The notes below the pieces were generated by a model. It worked only from the letters and a program-made list of their open reading frames with translations, was not told the origin of the DNA and did no database searches. From Sphingobacteriia bacterium 28-36-52 (GTDB taxonomy: Bacteria > Bacteroidota > Bacteroidia > Chitinophagales > Chitinophagaceae): a stretch of 64,000 nt of DNA. Shown here piece after piece: positions 38,365-48,371 of the stretch. A program made the position numbers and the translations under genes. Position 1 is the first letter of the stretch. Each line of letters starts with the position of its first letter. The DNA lies in contig NCGN01000014.1 of NCBI GenBank assembly GCA_002281575.1, positions 47,711 through 111,710 of the forward strand. Reading direction: 5' to 3'.

Positions 38365-38372
38365 CAAAACTA
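38365..38372 (-). promoter_or_regulatory. -7 promoter box TAGTTTTG for the 38345 operon
   Basis: Exact match to the Bacteroidota TAnnTTTG consensus, 19 nt upstream of the ATG. Confidence 0.45.
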
Positions 38373-38416
38373 GACTATCTATATAGTCTTTCTCTTGAGA
38401 TAAGATAAGAAATCAA

Positions 38417-38432
38417 CTTGATTTAAATCAAG
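38417..38432. promoter_or_regulatory. perfect FNR/CRP-family box cTTGAT-ttaa-ATCAAg
   Basis: A 16-bp perfect palindrome that matches TTGAT-N4-ATCAA. It overlaps the stop codon of the Crp/Fnr gene and lies 44 nt upstream of the -7 box. Confidence 0.6.
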
Positions 38433-39018
38433 ATTTTGTTATCCCTTTGGCCAATTTATTTTTGATTCTGCTGAGCGTTTCTGGTGTAATACCCAAGTAG
38501 GAGGCCACCAATTGTTGCGGTATTCTTTTGATTAGTTCGGGGTTAGTAGTAGATAAATGAATAAATTTTTCTTCTGCAGAATTGGAAATAGAACTTATTA
38601 GCCTCCTTTCCTTTGAAATAATATTATTCTGAAAAAGTATTCTAAAGTACCGTTCCATTACTGGAACACTCAGCAACATTTCCTCAAAGTTTGTGCGACT
38701 AATTAATAATAACTCTGCATCTTCAATAGCATCTATATGATAGGTAGATGGCTCAATAGATAAAAAACTCAGCATATCTGCCATCCACCAACCTTCCCAG
38801 GCAAAATGAATCATATGTTCAATTCCTTTCTCGTCTACATTATAAGACCTCAATAGTCCTTTCTCTACAAATGCTAAATGTCTACATATATTTCCTTCCT
38901 GGAGCAAGTACTGCTTCTTTCTAATTTTCTTAGGTGAAAAAAATGTTTTAACAAGCTTTTGCTCTGCTTCGGAAAGCAACACTTTATCTTTAACTTGAGA
39001 GAAGAATACTTCGAACAT
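38428..39018 (-). CDS. Crp/Fnr-family transcriptional regulator
   Basis: cNMP-binding-like N-domain and a C-terminal HTH (IPQQLVASYLGITPETLSRIK). Confidence 0.85.
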   Translation of the reverse strand: MFEVFFSQVKDKVLLSEAEQKLVKTFFSPKKIRKKQYLLQEGNICRHLAFVEKGLLRSYNVDEKGIEHMIHFAWEGWWMADMLSFLSIEPSTYHIDAIEDAELLLISRTNFEEMLLSVPVMERYFRILFQNNIISKERRLISSISNSAEEKFIHLSTTNPELIKRIPQQLVASYLGITPETLSRIKNKLAKGITKS

Positions 39019-39072
39019 TACTGCAAAATTACATCAAATGGCTATCATTTAATTTTAAACGAACAATCGAAT

Positions 39073-39732
39073 ATGAAAAAGAAATTATGGAGCATTTTAG
39101 CAATTTTAGGCTTTTCAACAATAATGGCTCACGCGCAACAATGGACACCGGAAGAACAACTGGAGCTATTTGGCTATTGCGAAAAAGGAATATTGATGAA
39201 AGAATTGGGTATTTCGGAAGAAACAGCCAATAAAATTGGACAGATAAATTATTGGGCTACTTTACAAAAACTAAAAATTGAAGCCAACACCAACGATACT
39301 TTTGCTACTGCAAATGAAGTAAACCAAGAAGTACTAAAAAAATACAAAGCCTTATCTATAACAGGAGATAGAGCAAAAGGGTTGATTAGCAGAATGAATG
39401 CAACAGGTTGTGCAATTACCCAGATTAGGCATATTAAAACCTACGATACACTTACTAAAGTTCAATTGGTTGCTGCTTACAAGAGCAAATTCAGGAAAAA
39501 ATTAATGGATCAGCTGGGAGTAAATGGAAGACAAGCCGATATGATTATTGACGCAGAAGCCTGGAAACAAAAAGAATCTTTGGTTGTAGCACAAATTGCT
39601 GAGTCTGATTTTAATAGAATTAGAAAAGCAGTCTTGTTAAATAAAGAGTACAATAAAAAACTCTTGCTAATAGACTTGACTGAGCAACAAAAAAGTCAAG
39701 CAGTTGAATTTTTTATTCAAAATCAATTATGA
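39073..39732 (+). CDS. hypothetical secreted helical protein
   Basis: Signal peptide MKKKLWSILAILGFSTIMAHAQ. ATGA overlap with the next gene. Confidence 0.6.
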   Translation: MKKKLWSILAILGFSTIMAHAQQWTPEEQLELFGYCEKGILMKELGISEETANKIGQINYWATLQKLKIEANTNDTFATANEVNQEVLKKYKALSITGDRAKGLISRMNATGCAITQIRHIKTYDTLTKVQLVAAYKSKFRKKLMDQLGVNGRQADMIIDAEAWKQKESLVVAQIAESDFNRIRKAVLLNKEYNKKLLLIDLTEQQKSQAVEFFIQNQL

Positions 39733-40253
39733 GTAAATATACTTTAAGTAAAATTAGTTCGGATGATGTAAATCAATTACAACAGATTAGTCGTACTACT
39801 TTTAGAGAAACATTTGCCGAGCACAATACCGAAGAAGACTTAAATAATTATTTAGAGAAAGAACTTTCAATTAAAAAATTAACGGATGAACTCAATAACC
39901 CTTATTCTACTTTTTATTTTGCTTCTGAAAATGAAAAGCTAGTAGGTTATTTAAAATTAAATTGGAGTACTGCGCAAACTGAATTAATTGAAGAAAAAGC
40001 TTTTGAAATTGAAAGGATATATATTCTAAAAGAATATTTTGGAAAAGGACTTGGTCAATTTTTATTAGACAATGCAATTACCAAAGGGAAAGCCCATGAA
40101 CCCACTTATATATAGCTAGGTGTTTGGGAAAAGAATGCAAGAGCCATTCGTTTTTATGAAAAAAATGGGTTTAAAGTATTTAGCAGTCATTTATTTACTT
40201 TGGGAAACGATGTTCAAACAGATTTATTAATGAAATTGGAAATCAACAACTAA
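39729..40253 (+). pseudogene. GNAT-family N-acetyltransferase with an in-frame TAG at 40113-40115
   Basis: Motif A (YFGKGLGQFLL) lies before the stop. The same frame continues after the TAG as LGVWEKNARAIRFYEKNGFKVF...*, the conserved GNAT C-terminus. Confidence 0.8.
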
Positions 40254-40263
40254 TTCGATTTTT

Positions 40264-40914
40264 ATGAAAACCATTTACTTAATCGCCGCAATCTTATTTA
40301 GCTTATCTGTACATGCACAACAAAATTTAAAAGGAGCTTATCAATCCAAAGAAGATAAAGAAGTCGTTGTTTGTTTAATGGATGGTTATTTTGTTGAGAC
40401 CAAATTCAGTGTAAATGCCAAAGCTTTTAATTATACTTGGGGTGGGCCATTTGTTAAAAAAGGAAACAAGCTACTTATAACAATTCATTTTGATTCTAGA
40501 GATAAAGCTGCAGTTGGAAAAACAAAAGAGATTTCATTTGGTGAGAAGCACCAAACATTAATTGATAAAGGTGAAAATGTATTAGCTGGAAATTGGCATA
40601 TGAGTGGAAGAAAAAATGGTGATCAGTTTACTGATAACCCACTTAGAGCACGTCGTACCTACAAATTATTAACAGGCACTCGCTTTCAATGGATGGCTAT
40701 CAATATTGAAACTGGAGAGTTTTCTGGTACTGGTGGTGGAACTTACAGTTTTATCAATGGAAAGTATACCGAGAATATTGAGTTCTTCAGTCGTGACTCT
40801 TCTAGAGTGGGCGCATCACTCAATTTTACTGGTAAGATTGAAAATGGGCAATGGCACCATAGTGGCCTTAGTTCAAAAGGAGATCCTATTTACGAAATAT
40901 GGACTAAAAATTAA
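40264..40914 (+). CDS. hypothetical secreted protein
   Basis: Signal peptide ending in HAQQ. 216 aa with two similar halves (..GGPF.. / ..GGGTYSF..). Confidence 0.6.
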   Translation: MKTIYLIAAILFSLSVHAQQNLKGAYQSKEDKEVVVCLMDGYFVETKFSVNAKAFNYTWGGPFVKKGNKLLITIHFDSRDKAAVGKTKEISFGEKHQTLIDKGENVLAGNWHMSGRKNGDQFTDNPLRARRTYKLLTGTRFQWMAINIETGEFSGTGGGTYSFINGKYTENIEFFSRDSSRVGASLNFTGKIENGQWHHSGLSSKGDPIYEIWTKN

Positions 40915-41690
40915 TTCTTCGCTTTAATTGGAACTAGCTTAATCATCCCTATCCAATGAAAGATTTTAATGATTGGATAACAAGGGTCTATTTCCCACCA
41001 TTTGGCTGCAAAATTAGGTCTCGCCCCAGCATGGTGATGATTGTTTTGAAACAACTCTCCCAACATTAAGAAATCAATGATTAATGTGTTTTTTGAATGA
41101 TCTTTTTCTTGAGGGAAATTTCTATAACCATATTTATGTCCTGCCCAATTTACCACCGCTCCTTGAATTGGTCCAATAAGAAAATGAATTGGTAAGAATA
41201 AAAACATCCACCATTCTGTTGCAAAGAAATAGTAGAATGTAATATATACTAATGCAAAAAATATTCTTGTTATCCAACTATCTGCTATTTTATCAATGAT
41301 TGGATAAACAGGAAAATTTTTATCAAACTTTGGTTCAACTGGCATTGTTCCTTTTAATACACCATGGTACACTTTTTTAGTATGCCACATCATTGTAAAT
41401 ACTTCCTTAAAAAAATGGGGGGTGTGTGGATCTTGCTCTGTATCACTGTATGCATGATGCATTCTATGCAAAATGGCATAAGCTCTTGCATTTAAGTATG
41501 ATGTTCCTTGCGTTACCCAGGTATAGATATACCAAAACTTCTCCCAGAATTTATTCATGGTAAACATTTTATGTGCAGAGTACCTATGTAAATAAAATGT
41601 TTGTCCAAAAAGAGAGAGATACCAATGAAGTACTAAGAAAATAATAATGGCAGCCATAGAATCAAATGGATTTCGTTGAAAGAATAACAA
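40911..41690 (-). CDS. acyl-CoA/acyl-lipid fatty acid desaturase
   Basis: Three His boxes: HRYSAH, HRMHHAYSD, NNHHHAG. The exact start is uncertain. Confidence 0.8.
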   Translation of the reverse strand: MLFFQRNPFDSMAAIIIFLVLHWYLSLFGQTFYLHRYSAHKMFTMNKFWEKFWYIYTWVTQGTSYLNARAYAILHRMHHAYSDTEQDPHTPHFFKEVFTMMWHTKKVYHGVLKGTMPVEPKFDKNFPVYPIIDKIADSWITRIFFALVYITFYYFFATEWWMFLFLPIHFLIGPIQGAVVNWAGHKYGYRNFPQEKDHSKNTLIIDFLMLGELFQNNHHHAGARPNFAAKWWEIDPCYPIIKIFHWIGMIKLVPIKAKN

Positions 41691-41800
41691 AGATTAGACA
41701 TTCTTTTAAATAAAAATCTTTTGTTAATGACTCTCAATTAAAATACGGGCTGTAATTGCACAGTAGATTATCACACAATAAAAAAAGATATATGAAAAGC

Positions 41801-42415
41801 TTAAGGTTTTTCCCAACTCTTTGTTAAGGGATTATATTGTTTTAAAATTTTTGCAGGATTTCCCCCTACTATGGTGTATGGTGGAACATTTTTAGTAACA
41901 ACAGAACCTCCAGCTACAATTGAATGCTTTCCAATGGTTACACCCGCTACTACTACAGAGTTGGCTCCAATCCAACAATCCTCTTCAACTACAATGGTTG
42001 CAGTTGTTTCCTTCTGATCTTTTATTGGAATATCAGGGTCTGAATACCCATGATTTAACCCAGATAAAACAATATTTTGAGCCAAGATGGTATTGTTTCC
42101 AATACGAACGGGTCCTATAAGGGTATTACTTAAACCTAGATGAACATTGTCTCCAATAATTACCTCACCTACCATATTGTTAACGCAACAAAAATCTTCT
42201 ATTACCGCTTTTTTACCTATTGAAAACATATTCCAAGGTGCAAGATCTAGCCTTGCATAATTTCTGATAGTGGCTTTGCGGGAAATTTTATGAACAAAGG
42301 GATTAACAAATAAACGAACCCATAGCCTGCATCCTGGTGTAGTTTCAGGAACCATAAGCCAGTAAACCAATTTCTTTAACCTTGGGTTCAATTTAATCCT
42401 TTCCACTATACTCAT
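41801..42415 (-). CDS. hexapeptide-repeat (left-handed beta-helix) acyltransferase
   Basis: Repeated [LIV]G..... hexapeptides (IGDNVHLG, IGNNTILA, IGANSVVVAGVTIGKHSIVAGGSVV). Confidence 0.75.
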   Translation of the reverse strand: MSIVERIKLNPRLKKLVYWLMVPETTPGCRLWVRLFVNPFVHKISRKATIRNYARLDLAPWNMFSIGKKAVIEDFCCVNNMVGEVIIGDNVHLGLSNTLIGPVRIGNNTILAQNIVLSGLNHGYSDPDIPIKDQKETTATIVVEEDCWIGANSVVVAGVTIGKHSIVAGGSVVTKNVPPYTIVGGNPAKILKQYNPLTKSWEKP

Positions 42416-42579
42416 AGTATAAAAATATAATCAGTAAGCCTACACACCAATTTTAATTTATCAAACTCAAATTATCCGCTTTCACCGAAAAAATAGCCCG
42501 ATAACCTCCATCTATATAATGAAACATTAAAAAAACATTAAAAACGTATATTTGCCGCTTATTTAATTGAAAATAAGCC

Positions 42580-43734
42580 ATGAATACTCCTATTTCAGGT
42601 CAGAATCGTCGTTTTCTACCCATTTTAGTTTTTGCAATAATTGCCTTTATGGCCTGCAAAGACCAAGAAAAAGCTGGTACAGCAGAATTGATTCCTTCAT
42701 TACCTGTTGTAGAAGTAATTCAAAGAGATACCTTATTACAAACAGATTATGTTGCTGATATACAAGCAGTGAAAAATGTGGAAGTAAGGGCTAGGGTTCA
42801 GGGTTTTTTAGAAAAAATACTCGTAGACGAAGGAAATGAAGTTAAAAAGGGTCAACCCATGTTTCAAATAAATGACCTTGAATACAAAACAGAGTTAGCT
42901 AAAGCTAAAGCAGCTGTTTCTAATGCAATGGCAGAAGCTAAAGCAGCCGAATTAGAATTAGGTAGAACAAAAATTTTAGTAGAGAAAAATGTAATTGCAA
43001 AAACAGAATATGAATTGGCTGTATCAAAAGTAAGTGCTGCTAAAGCAAGAATTGACGAAGCTTTATCTGCACAAACCAGTGCAGAAACTAAATTGTCTTA
43101 TACATTTATACGTGCACCATTTGATGGTATCATCGATAGAATTCCGTTGAAAATGGGAAGTTTAATTGATCCTGGTGCATTATTAACAACCATTTCAGAT
43201 GTGCACAATGTGTTCGCCTATTTTAATATTTCTGAAAATGAGTATTTGCAATATAGAAAAGCTGTTTTGAAAGGATTAAAAGAAGATCGTCCTGTAACAT
43301 TAGTATTAGCTGATGGAACGCAATATGGATATACTGGAAAAATTGAAACAAGTGATGGGGAGTTTAATGAAAATACCGGCGCCATTGCGTTTAGAGCTCG
43401 TTTCCCCAATCCAAATAAATTATTGAAACATGGGGCTTCCGGAAAAGCCAGACTAACTACTTCAGTGGAAAATGCAATCATTATTCCGCAAAAAGCCACT
43501 TTTGAAATTCAAGACAAAACATTTGTTTTTGTTGTAGACAAAGACAATATCATTCAAATGCGTGCATTTAAACCAGGTAGAAGAGTAGCCCAATATTATA
43601 TAGTTGAAGCTGGTTTAAAACCAGGTGAGAATATTGTTTATGAAGGTGTTCAAAGTATTCGTCAGGGTGCTAAAATTAAACCGATGAAAATGAATTTAGA
43701 CAGTCTTATGCAAACAGCATTAACCATCAACTAA
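42580..43734 (+). CDS. RND periplasmic adaptor (MFP), lipoprotein
   Basis: Lipobox FMAC plus the lipoyl / coiled-coil / beta-barrel pattern. Confidence 0.85.
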   Translation: MNTPISGQNRRFLPILVFAIIAFMACKDQEKAGTAELIPSLPVVEVIQRDTLLQTDYVADIQAVKNVEVRARVQGFLEKILVDEGNEVKKGQPMFQINDLEYKTELAKAKAAVSNAMAEAKAAELELGRTKILVEKNVIAKTEYELAVSKVSAAKARIDEALSAQTSAETKLSYTFIRAPFDGIIDRIPLKMGSLIDPGALLTTISDVHNVFAYFNISENEYLQYRKAVLKGLKEDRPVTLVLADGTQYGYTGKIETSDGEFNENTGAIAFRARFPNPNKLLKHGASGKARLTTSVENAIIIPQKATFEIQDKTFVFVVDKDNIIQMRAFKPGRRVAQYYIVEAGLKPGENIVYEGVQSIRQGAKIKPMKMNLDSLMQTALTIN

Positions 43735-43741
43735 AGCAATC

Positions 43742-46700
43742 ATGCTAGAAACATTTATTAAACGGCCAGTACTTTCTTTGGTAATTTCTATTATCATTAC
43801 TTTATTAGGGGTACTTTCTTTGTTCACTTTACCTATCACTCAGTTTCCTGATATTGTTCCTCCATCTGTAACAGTAACAGCCCAATATACTGGAGCCAAT
43901 GCTGAAGTATGTGCCAAAGCGGTTGCCACTCCATTAGAAAGAGCCATCAACGGGGTTCCTGGTATGACCTATATGTCCTCAGTATCTAGTAACAACGGCT
44001 TAACACTTATCACTGTTGCTTTTAAAGTTGGAACTGATCCTGATTTAGCTGCAGTTAATGTACAAAATAGAGTTACAACTGTTTTAGATGAATTACCAGA
44101 GGAAGTAATTAAAGCAGGTGTTACAACAGAAAAAGATGTAAACAGTATGTTACTGTACTTAAATATTACTAGTAATGATACTACTGCTGATGAACAATTT
44201 ATATTCAATTTTGCTGACATCAATTTATTGCATGAATTAAAAAGAATTGATGGAGTAGGATTTGTAGACATCATGGGACAAACTGATTATTCCATGCGTG
44301 TTTGGTTAAAGCCCGACAGAATGTTGGCGTACAATGTTTCAGCTCAAGAAATAGTTGATGCATTGCGTAAACAAAATGTGGAAGCTGCGCCAGGAAGAAC
44401 AGGAGAGAGTTCAGGTAAAAATCCACAAAGCTTACAATATATTTTAAGATATACGGGCAAGTTTGCCAATCCTGAGCAATACAAGAATATCGTTATAAAA
44501 GCTGAGAACAATGGATCAATCTTATACTTAAAAGATCTTGCAGATGTTGAATTTGGATCAATGACTTATAGCGTTATATCAAAAACAGATGGAAAACCTT
44601 CTGCATCCATTATGTTAAAACAACGTCCTGGCTCTAATGCAAAAGATGTTATTACTAAGGTAAAAGCAAGAATGGCAGAATTAAAAGAAACCTCTTTTCC
44701 TCCAGGAATGGAATATAATTTTGCTTATGATGTTTCTAGATTTTTAGACGCTTCAATTAAAGAAGTTTTAAAAACATTATTTGAAGCGCTTATACTAGTA
44801 TTCATTGTAGTATTTATTTTTTTACAAGATTTTAGATCTACACTTATTCCTGCTTTGGCTGTGCCTGTTGCATTAATTGGAACCTTAGCATTTATGCAAG
44901 TAATGGGCTTCTCTATTAACTTATTGACTCTTTTTGCATTGGTATTAGCTATTGGCATTGTGGTAGACAACGCCATTGTGGTAGTTGAAGCGGTTCACGT
45001 TAAAATGGAAGAGCAACACCTTTCTCCAATGGATGCTACACTAGCTGCAATAAAAGAAATAGCCAGTGCGGTTGTTGCCATAACATTGGTGATGTCCGCA
45101 GTATTTATTCCAGTTGCATTTCTTTCAGGTTCAGCAGGGGTTTTTTACAGACAATTCTCACTTACATTAGCCGTATCTATTGTAATATCAGGTATCAATG
45201 CATTAACCTTAACACCTGCATTGTGTGCGCTGCTGATTAAGAATACACACGGGCAACCTAAAAGAAAAAACTTATTGGGAAGATTCTTTTCTGCATTTAA
45301 TAAAGGGTATTCGTCTACCGAAAATAAATACATGAATTTGGTAAGTTGGATAAGTGCAAGAAAAATGGTAACCATTTCTTTATTGGTTGTCTTTTTTGTT
45401 GCAACTGCTGGCGTAAATAGTATACTCCCGAGTGGCTTTATTCCTAATGAAGACCAAAGTATCATTTATGTAAACGTTACTACCCCTGCTGGTTCAACTG
45501 TAGAAAGAACAGAGAAAGTACTAATTGAATTAGAAAAGATTATTAAAGTAGATTCGTCAGTTGAAAATATTACTACCCTCTCAGGTTATAGTTTGGTTAC
45601 CGAAGCCGAAGGTGCATCTTTTGGTATGATGATGATTAGTTTAAAACCATGGGATAAAAGAGATAAAACAGTAGCACAACTGATTCCTATATTTAAGCAA
45701 AGAACTAGTAATATAAAAGATGCCAATATAGAATTCATGCCGCCGCCCCCTGTTCCCGGTTTCGGCAATACCAGTGGATTTGAATTAAGGGTAATTGATA
45801 AAACAGGTTCGGGAGATCTGCAACAAACCGCTAATGTAACCAACCAATTAATTCAAGACATCAAAGCTGCTGGTGTAGTTGGTGCAGCATATACCGGGTT
45901 TGATCCAAGCTTTCCACAATACATGATTCATATTGACTATGATATGGCTGCCAAAAAAGGAGTTTCTGTAGACAATGCCATGACCGATTTGCAAACATTA
46001 ATTGGTAGCTACTATGCAACCAATTTTATTCGATTTGGTCAAATGTATAAAGTAATGGTGCAAGCATATCCCAACTACAGAGCCAAGCCCAATGATTTAA
46101 TGAATATGTATGTGAAGAATGACCGAGGTGAAATGGTTTCTTACGGCACATTTATAAAACTAGAACGGGTTTATGGACCAGAACAGTTAACTCGATACAA
46201 TATGTATACTTCTGCAATGGTGAATGGAGATGCAGGGGCTGGATTTAGTAGTGGGGAAGCCATTGAATCGGTGGAAAAAGTGGCCAAAGAGAAATTACCT
46301 AGAGGGTATAGTTATGAATGGTCTGGTATAACAAGAGATCAGATTGAGTCTAGTGGACAAGCTGCATCCATTTTTTTAATTTGTTTATTATTTGTTTACC
46401 TAATTCTTGCAGCACAATACGAAAGCTTTTTAATGCCATTTGCGGTAATACTTTCATTGCCTACTGGAATTTTTGGAGCATTTGTTGCTTTGAAATTACT
46501 GGGTTTAGAAAACAATATATATGCCCAAGTGGCTCTGGTAATGTTAATTGGTTTATTGGGCAAGAATGCCATTTTAATTGTTGAGTTTGCTATGCTAAGA
46601 AGAAGTCAAGGCTTCTCCATTTTAGAAGCAGCTAAGGAAGGTGCTGTTTCAAGATTAAGACCCATTTTAATGACTTCTTTTGCATTTATTGCCGGATTAA

Positions 46701-46918
46701 TTCCATTGGTAATTGCTACAGGAGCTGGTGCAATAGGTAACCGATCTATTGGAACTGCATCTGCTGGCGGTATGCTATTTGGAACCATATTCGGTGTTAT
46801 TATTATTCCTGGTCTCTATGTAATTTTTGCTCAGTTATCAGAAAAATTAACGAAAAAGAAAACAGCAGCAGTATCCGTTTCAATTGTTGAACATCCTGAA
46901 CAACTATCTGATAGATAG
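43742..46918 (+). CDS. RND multidrug efflux permease (HAE1 / AcrB-like)
   Basis: 1058 aa starting MLETFIKRPVLSLVISIIITLLG. Motifs ALVLAIGIVVDNAIVVVE and LIGLLGKNAILIVEFA. Confidence 0.9.
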   Translation: MLETFIKRPVLSLVISIIITLLGVLSLFTLPITQFPDIVPPSVTVTAQYTGANAEVCAKAVATPLERAINGVPGMTYMSSVSSNNGLTLITVAFKVGTDPDLAAVNVQNRVTTVLDELPEEVIKAGVTTEKDVNSMLLYLNITSNDTTADEQFIFNFADINLLHELKRIDGVGFVDIMGQTDYSMRVWLKPDRMLAYNVSAQEIVDALRKQNVEAAPGRTGESSGKNPQSLQYILRYTGKFANPEQYKNIVIKAENNGSILYLKDLADVEFGSMTYSVISKTDGKPSASIMLKQRPGSNAKDVITKVKARMAELKETSFPPGMEYNFAYDVSRFLDASIKEVLKTLFEALILVFIVVFIFLQDFRSTLIPALAVPVALIGTLAFMQVMGFSINLLTLFALVLAIGIVVDNAIVVVEAVHVKMEEQHLSPMDATLAAIKEIASAVVAITLVMSAVFIPVAFLSGSAGVFYRQFSLTLAVSIVISGINALTLTPALCALLIKNTHGQPKRKNLLGRFFSAFNKGYSSTENKYMNLVSWISARKMVTISLLVVFFVATAGVNSILPSGFIPNEDQSIIYVNVTTPAGSTVERTEKVLIELEKIIKVDSSVENITTLSGYSLVTEAEGASFGMMMISLKPWDKRDKTVAQLIPIFKQRTSNIKDANIEFMPPPPVPGFGNTSGFELRVIDKTGSGDLQQTANVTNQLIQDIKAAGVVGAAYTGFDPSFPQYMIHIDYDMAAKKGVSVDNAMTDLQTLIGSYYATNFIRFGQMYKVMVQAYPNYRAKPNDLMNMYVKNDRGEMVSYGTFIKLERVYGPEQLTRYNMYTSAMVNGDAGAGFSSGEAIESVEKVAKEKLPRGYSYEWSGITRDQIESSGQAASIFLICLLFVYLILAAQYESFLMPFAVILSLPTGIFGAFVALKLLGLENNIYAQVALVMLIGLLGKNAILIVEFAMLRRSQGFSILEAAKEGAVSRLRPILMTSFAFIAGLIPLVIATGAGAIGNRSIGTASAGGMLFGTIFGVIIIPGLYVIFAQLSEKLTKKKTAAVSVSIVEHPEQLSDR

Positions 46919-46929
46919 AACCCATTTAT

Positions 46930-48366
46930 ATGAAAAATATTCACATCGCTTTTGGTTTTATTATTAGTGTTTCTATCGCAGTTTCTTGCGCAATGCCCAA
47001 AGCAATAAGTATTAATAAGGCGGAAGTTTTGCCCCCTGCTTTTCAAAATTCAGTTGACAGTAATAGTATTGCTACCCTACCAAAGAAAGTATTTTTCCCT
47101 GATCCTGCATTACAAGCATTAATAGATACAGCCATTCAATTCAATGCAGACATTAGAATTGCCATTCAACGAATTGCTGCTGCAAGGGCAGGATTTGGAA
47201 TGGCACAAGGTATCACAAAACCAAGCTTAGATGCGGTTGTTTCAACAGGGGTAGATAAGTTTGGAGATTATACCATGAATGGGTTGGGCAATTACGATAT
47301 GAATCTGTCTCCCAATATTAGAAAAGATCAGCAGATTCCACTGAATATGCCTGATTTATTTGTTGGATTCAGAAGCAGTTGGGAAGCAGATATCTGGGGT
47401 AAATTATCCAATCAAAAAAAAGCGGCATACAGTAAATTTTTAGCCACCGAACAAGCTAGACAATGGACAACAACACAAGTAGTTGCCCAGGTTGCTGGCT
47501 TATACTATGAACTATTGGCATTAGATAAAGAATTGGAGATTTTACAAAACAATATCAAACTTCAAGAAAATGCTGTTGAAATAGTTAAAGTACAAAAAGC
47601 AGGTGGCAGAGCAACAGAATTGGCTGTACAACAATTTAGTGCACAGTTGTTGGTTACCAAAAGTATGTTGAGTGTAATGCAACAAAGAATTATAGCAACC
47701 CAAAATATGTTGGGTGCTATTTCTGGAAAATATGATTTTACAATAAAAAGAGGGAAGCCCATTACAGACTTAGTTGTTCCTGATGTTATACAAATTGGTA
47801 TCCCAGCTCAACTTTTGATTAATAGACCAGATATTAGAGAAGCAGAACTATTATTAGAAGCTGCAGGTGCAGAATTAGAAGCAAGTAGAAAAGCATTTCT
47901 GCCTTCCTTAAATATTAGTGCATATACCGCACTCAATAGTTTTAAGTCTTCTGTTTTATTTAGTCCTCAATCACTTACATACGGTTTATTAGGTGGTTTA
48001 ATAACACCTGTGCTCAGTAAAAATATGCTGAAGGGTAATTATCAATTGGCAACTGCTACACAACAACATGCATTTGAAACTTATAGAAAGCATATTATTT
48101 ATGCATATCATGAAGTTCAAACAGAATTGAGCGGTATAGAACAATACAAAAAGATATACCAATTCAAAGTTCAAGAGACCAAAGGATTACAAGCCGCAGT
48201 GGCTGCATCCAATGATTTATATTTAGGAGGATTGGCATCCTATTTAGAAGTAGTTACCGCACAGCGAGGTGTTTTAGAAGCTGAACTAGAACAAATCAAT
48301 AGTAAAAAAACAGTATTCCTTTACTTAATTGATTTATACCGATCATTGGGTGGCGGTTGGAACTAA
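46930..48366 (+). CDS. RND outer-membrane factor lipoprotein (NodT family)
   Basis: Lipobox AVSC. Ends in the typical ALGGGW. Confidence 0.85.
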   Translation: MKNIHIAFGFIISVSIAVSCAMPKAISINKAEVLPPAFQNSVDSNSIATLPKKVFFPDPALQALIDTAIQFNADIRIAIQRIAAARAGFGMAQGITKPSLDAVVSTGVDKFGDYTMNGLGNYDMNLSPNIRKDQQIPLNMPDLFVGFRSSWEADIWGKLSNQKKAAYSKFLATEQARQWTTTQVVAQVAGLYYELLALDKELEILQNNIKLQENAVEIVKVQKAGGRATELAVQQFSAQLLVTKSMLSVMQQRIIATQNMLGAISGKYDFTIKRGKPITDLVVPDVIQIGIPAQLLINRPDIREAELLLEAAGAELEASRKAFLPSLNISAYTALNSFKSSVLFSPQSLTYGLLGGLITPVLSKNMLKGNYQLATATQQHAFETYRKHIIYAYHEVQTELSGIEQYKKIYQFKVQETKGLQAAVAASNDLYLGGLASYLEVVTAQRGVLEAELEQINSKKTVFLYLIDLYRSLGGGWN

Positions 48367-48371
48367 CTATA

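Noticed and set aside
38372-38389. AGACTAT-ctat-ATAGTCT read as an intrinsic terminator of the Crp/Fnr gene.
   Set aside because: It is AT-rich with only a 7-bp stem, and it overlaps the -7 promoter box of the downstream operon on the same strand. It could equally be a second operator. No confident call is possible.
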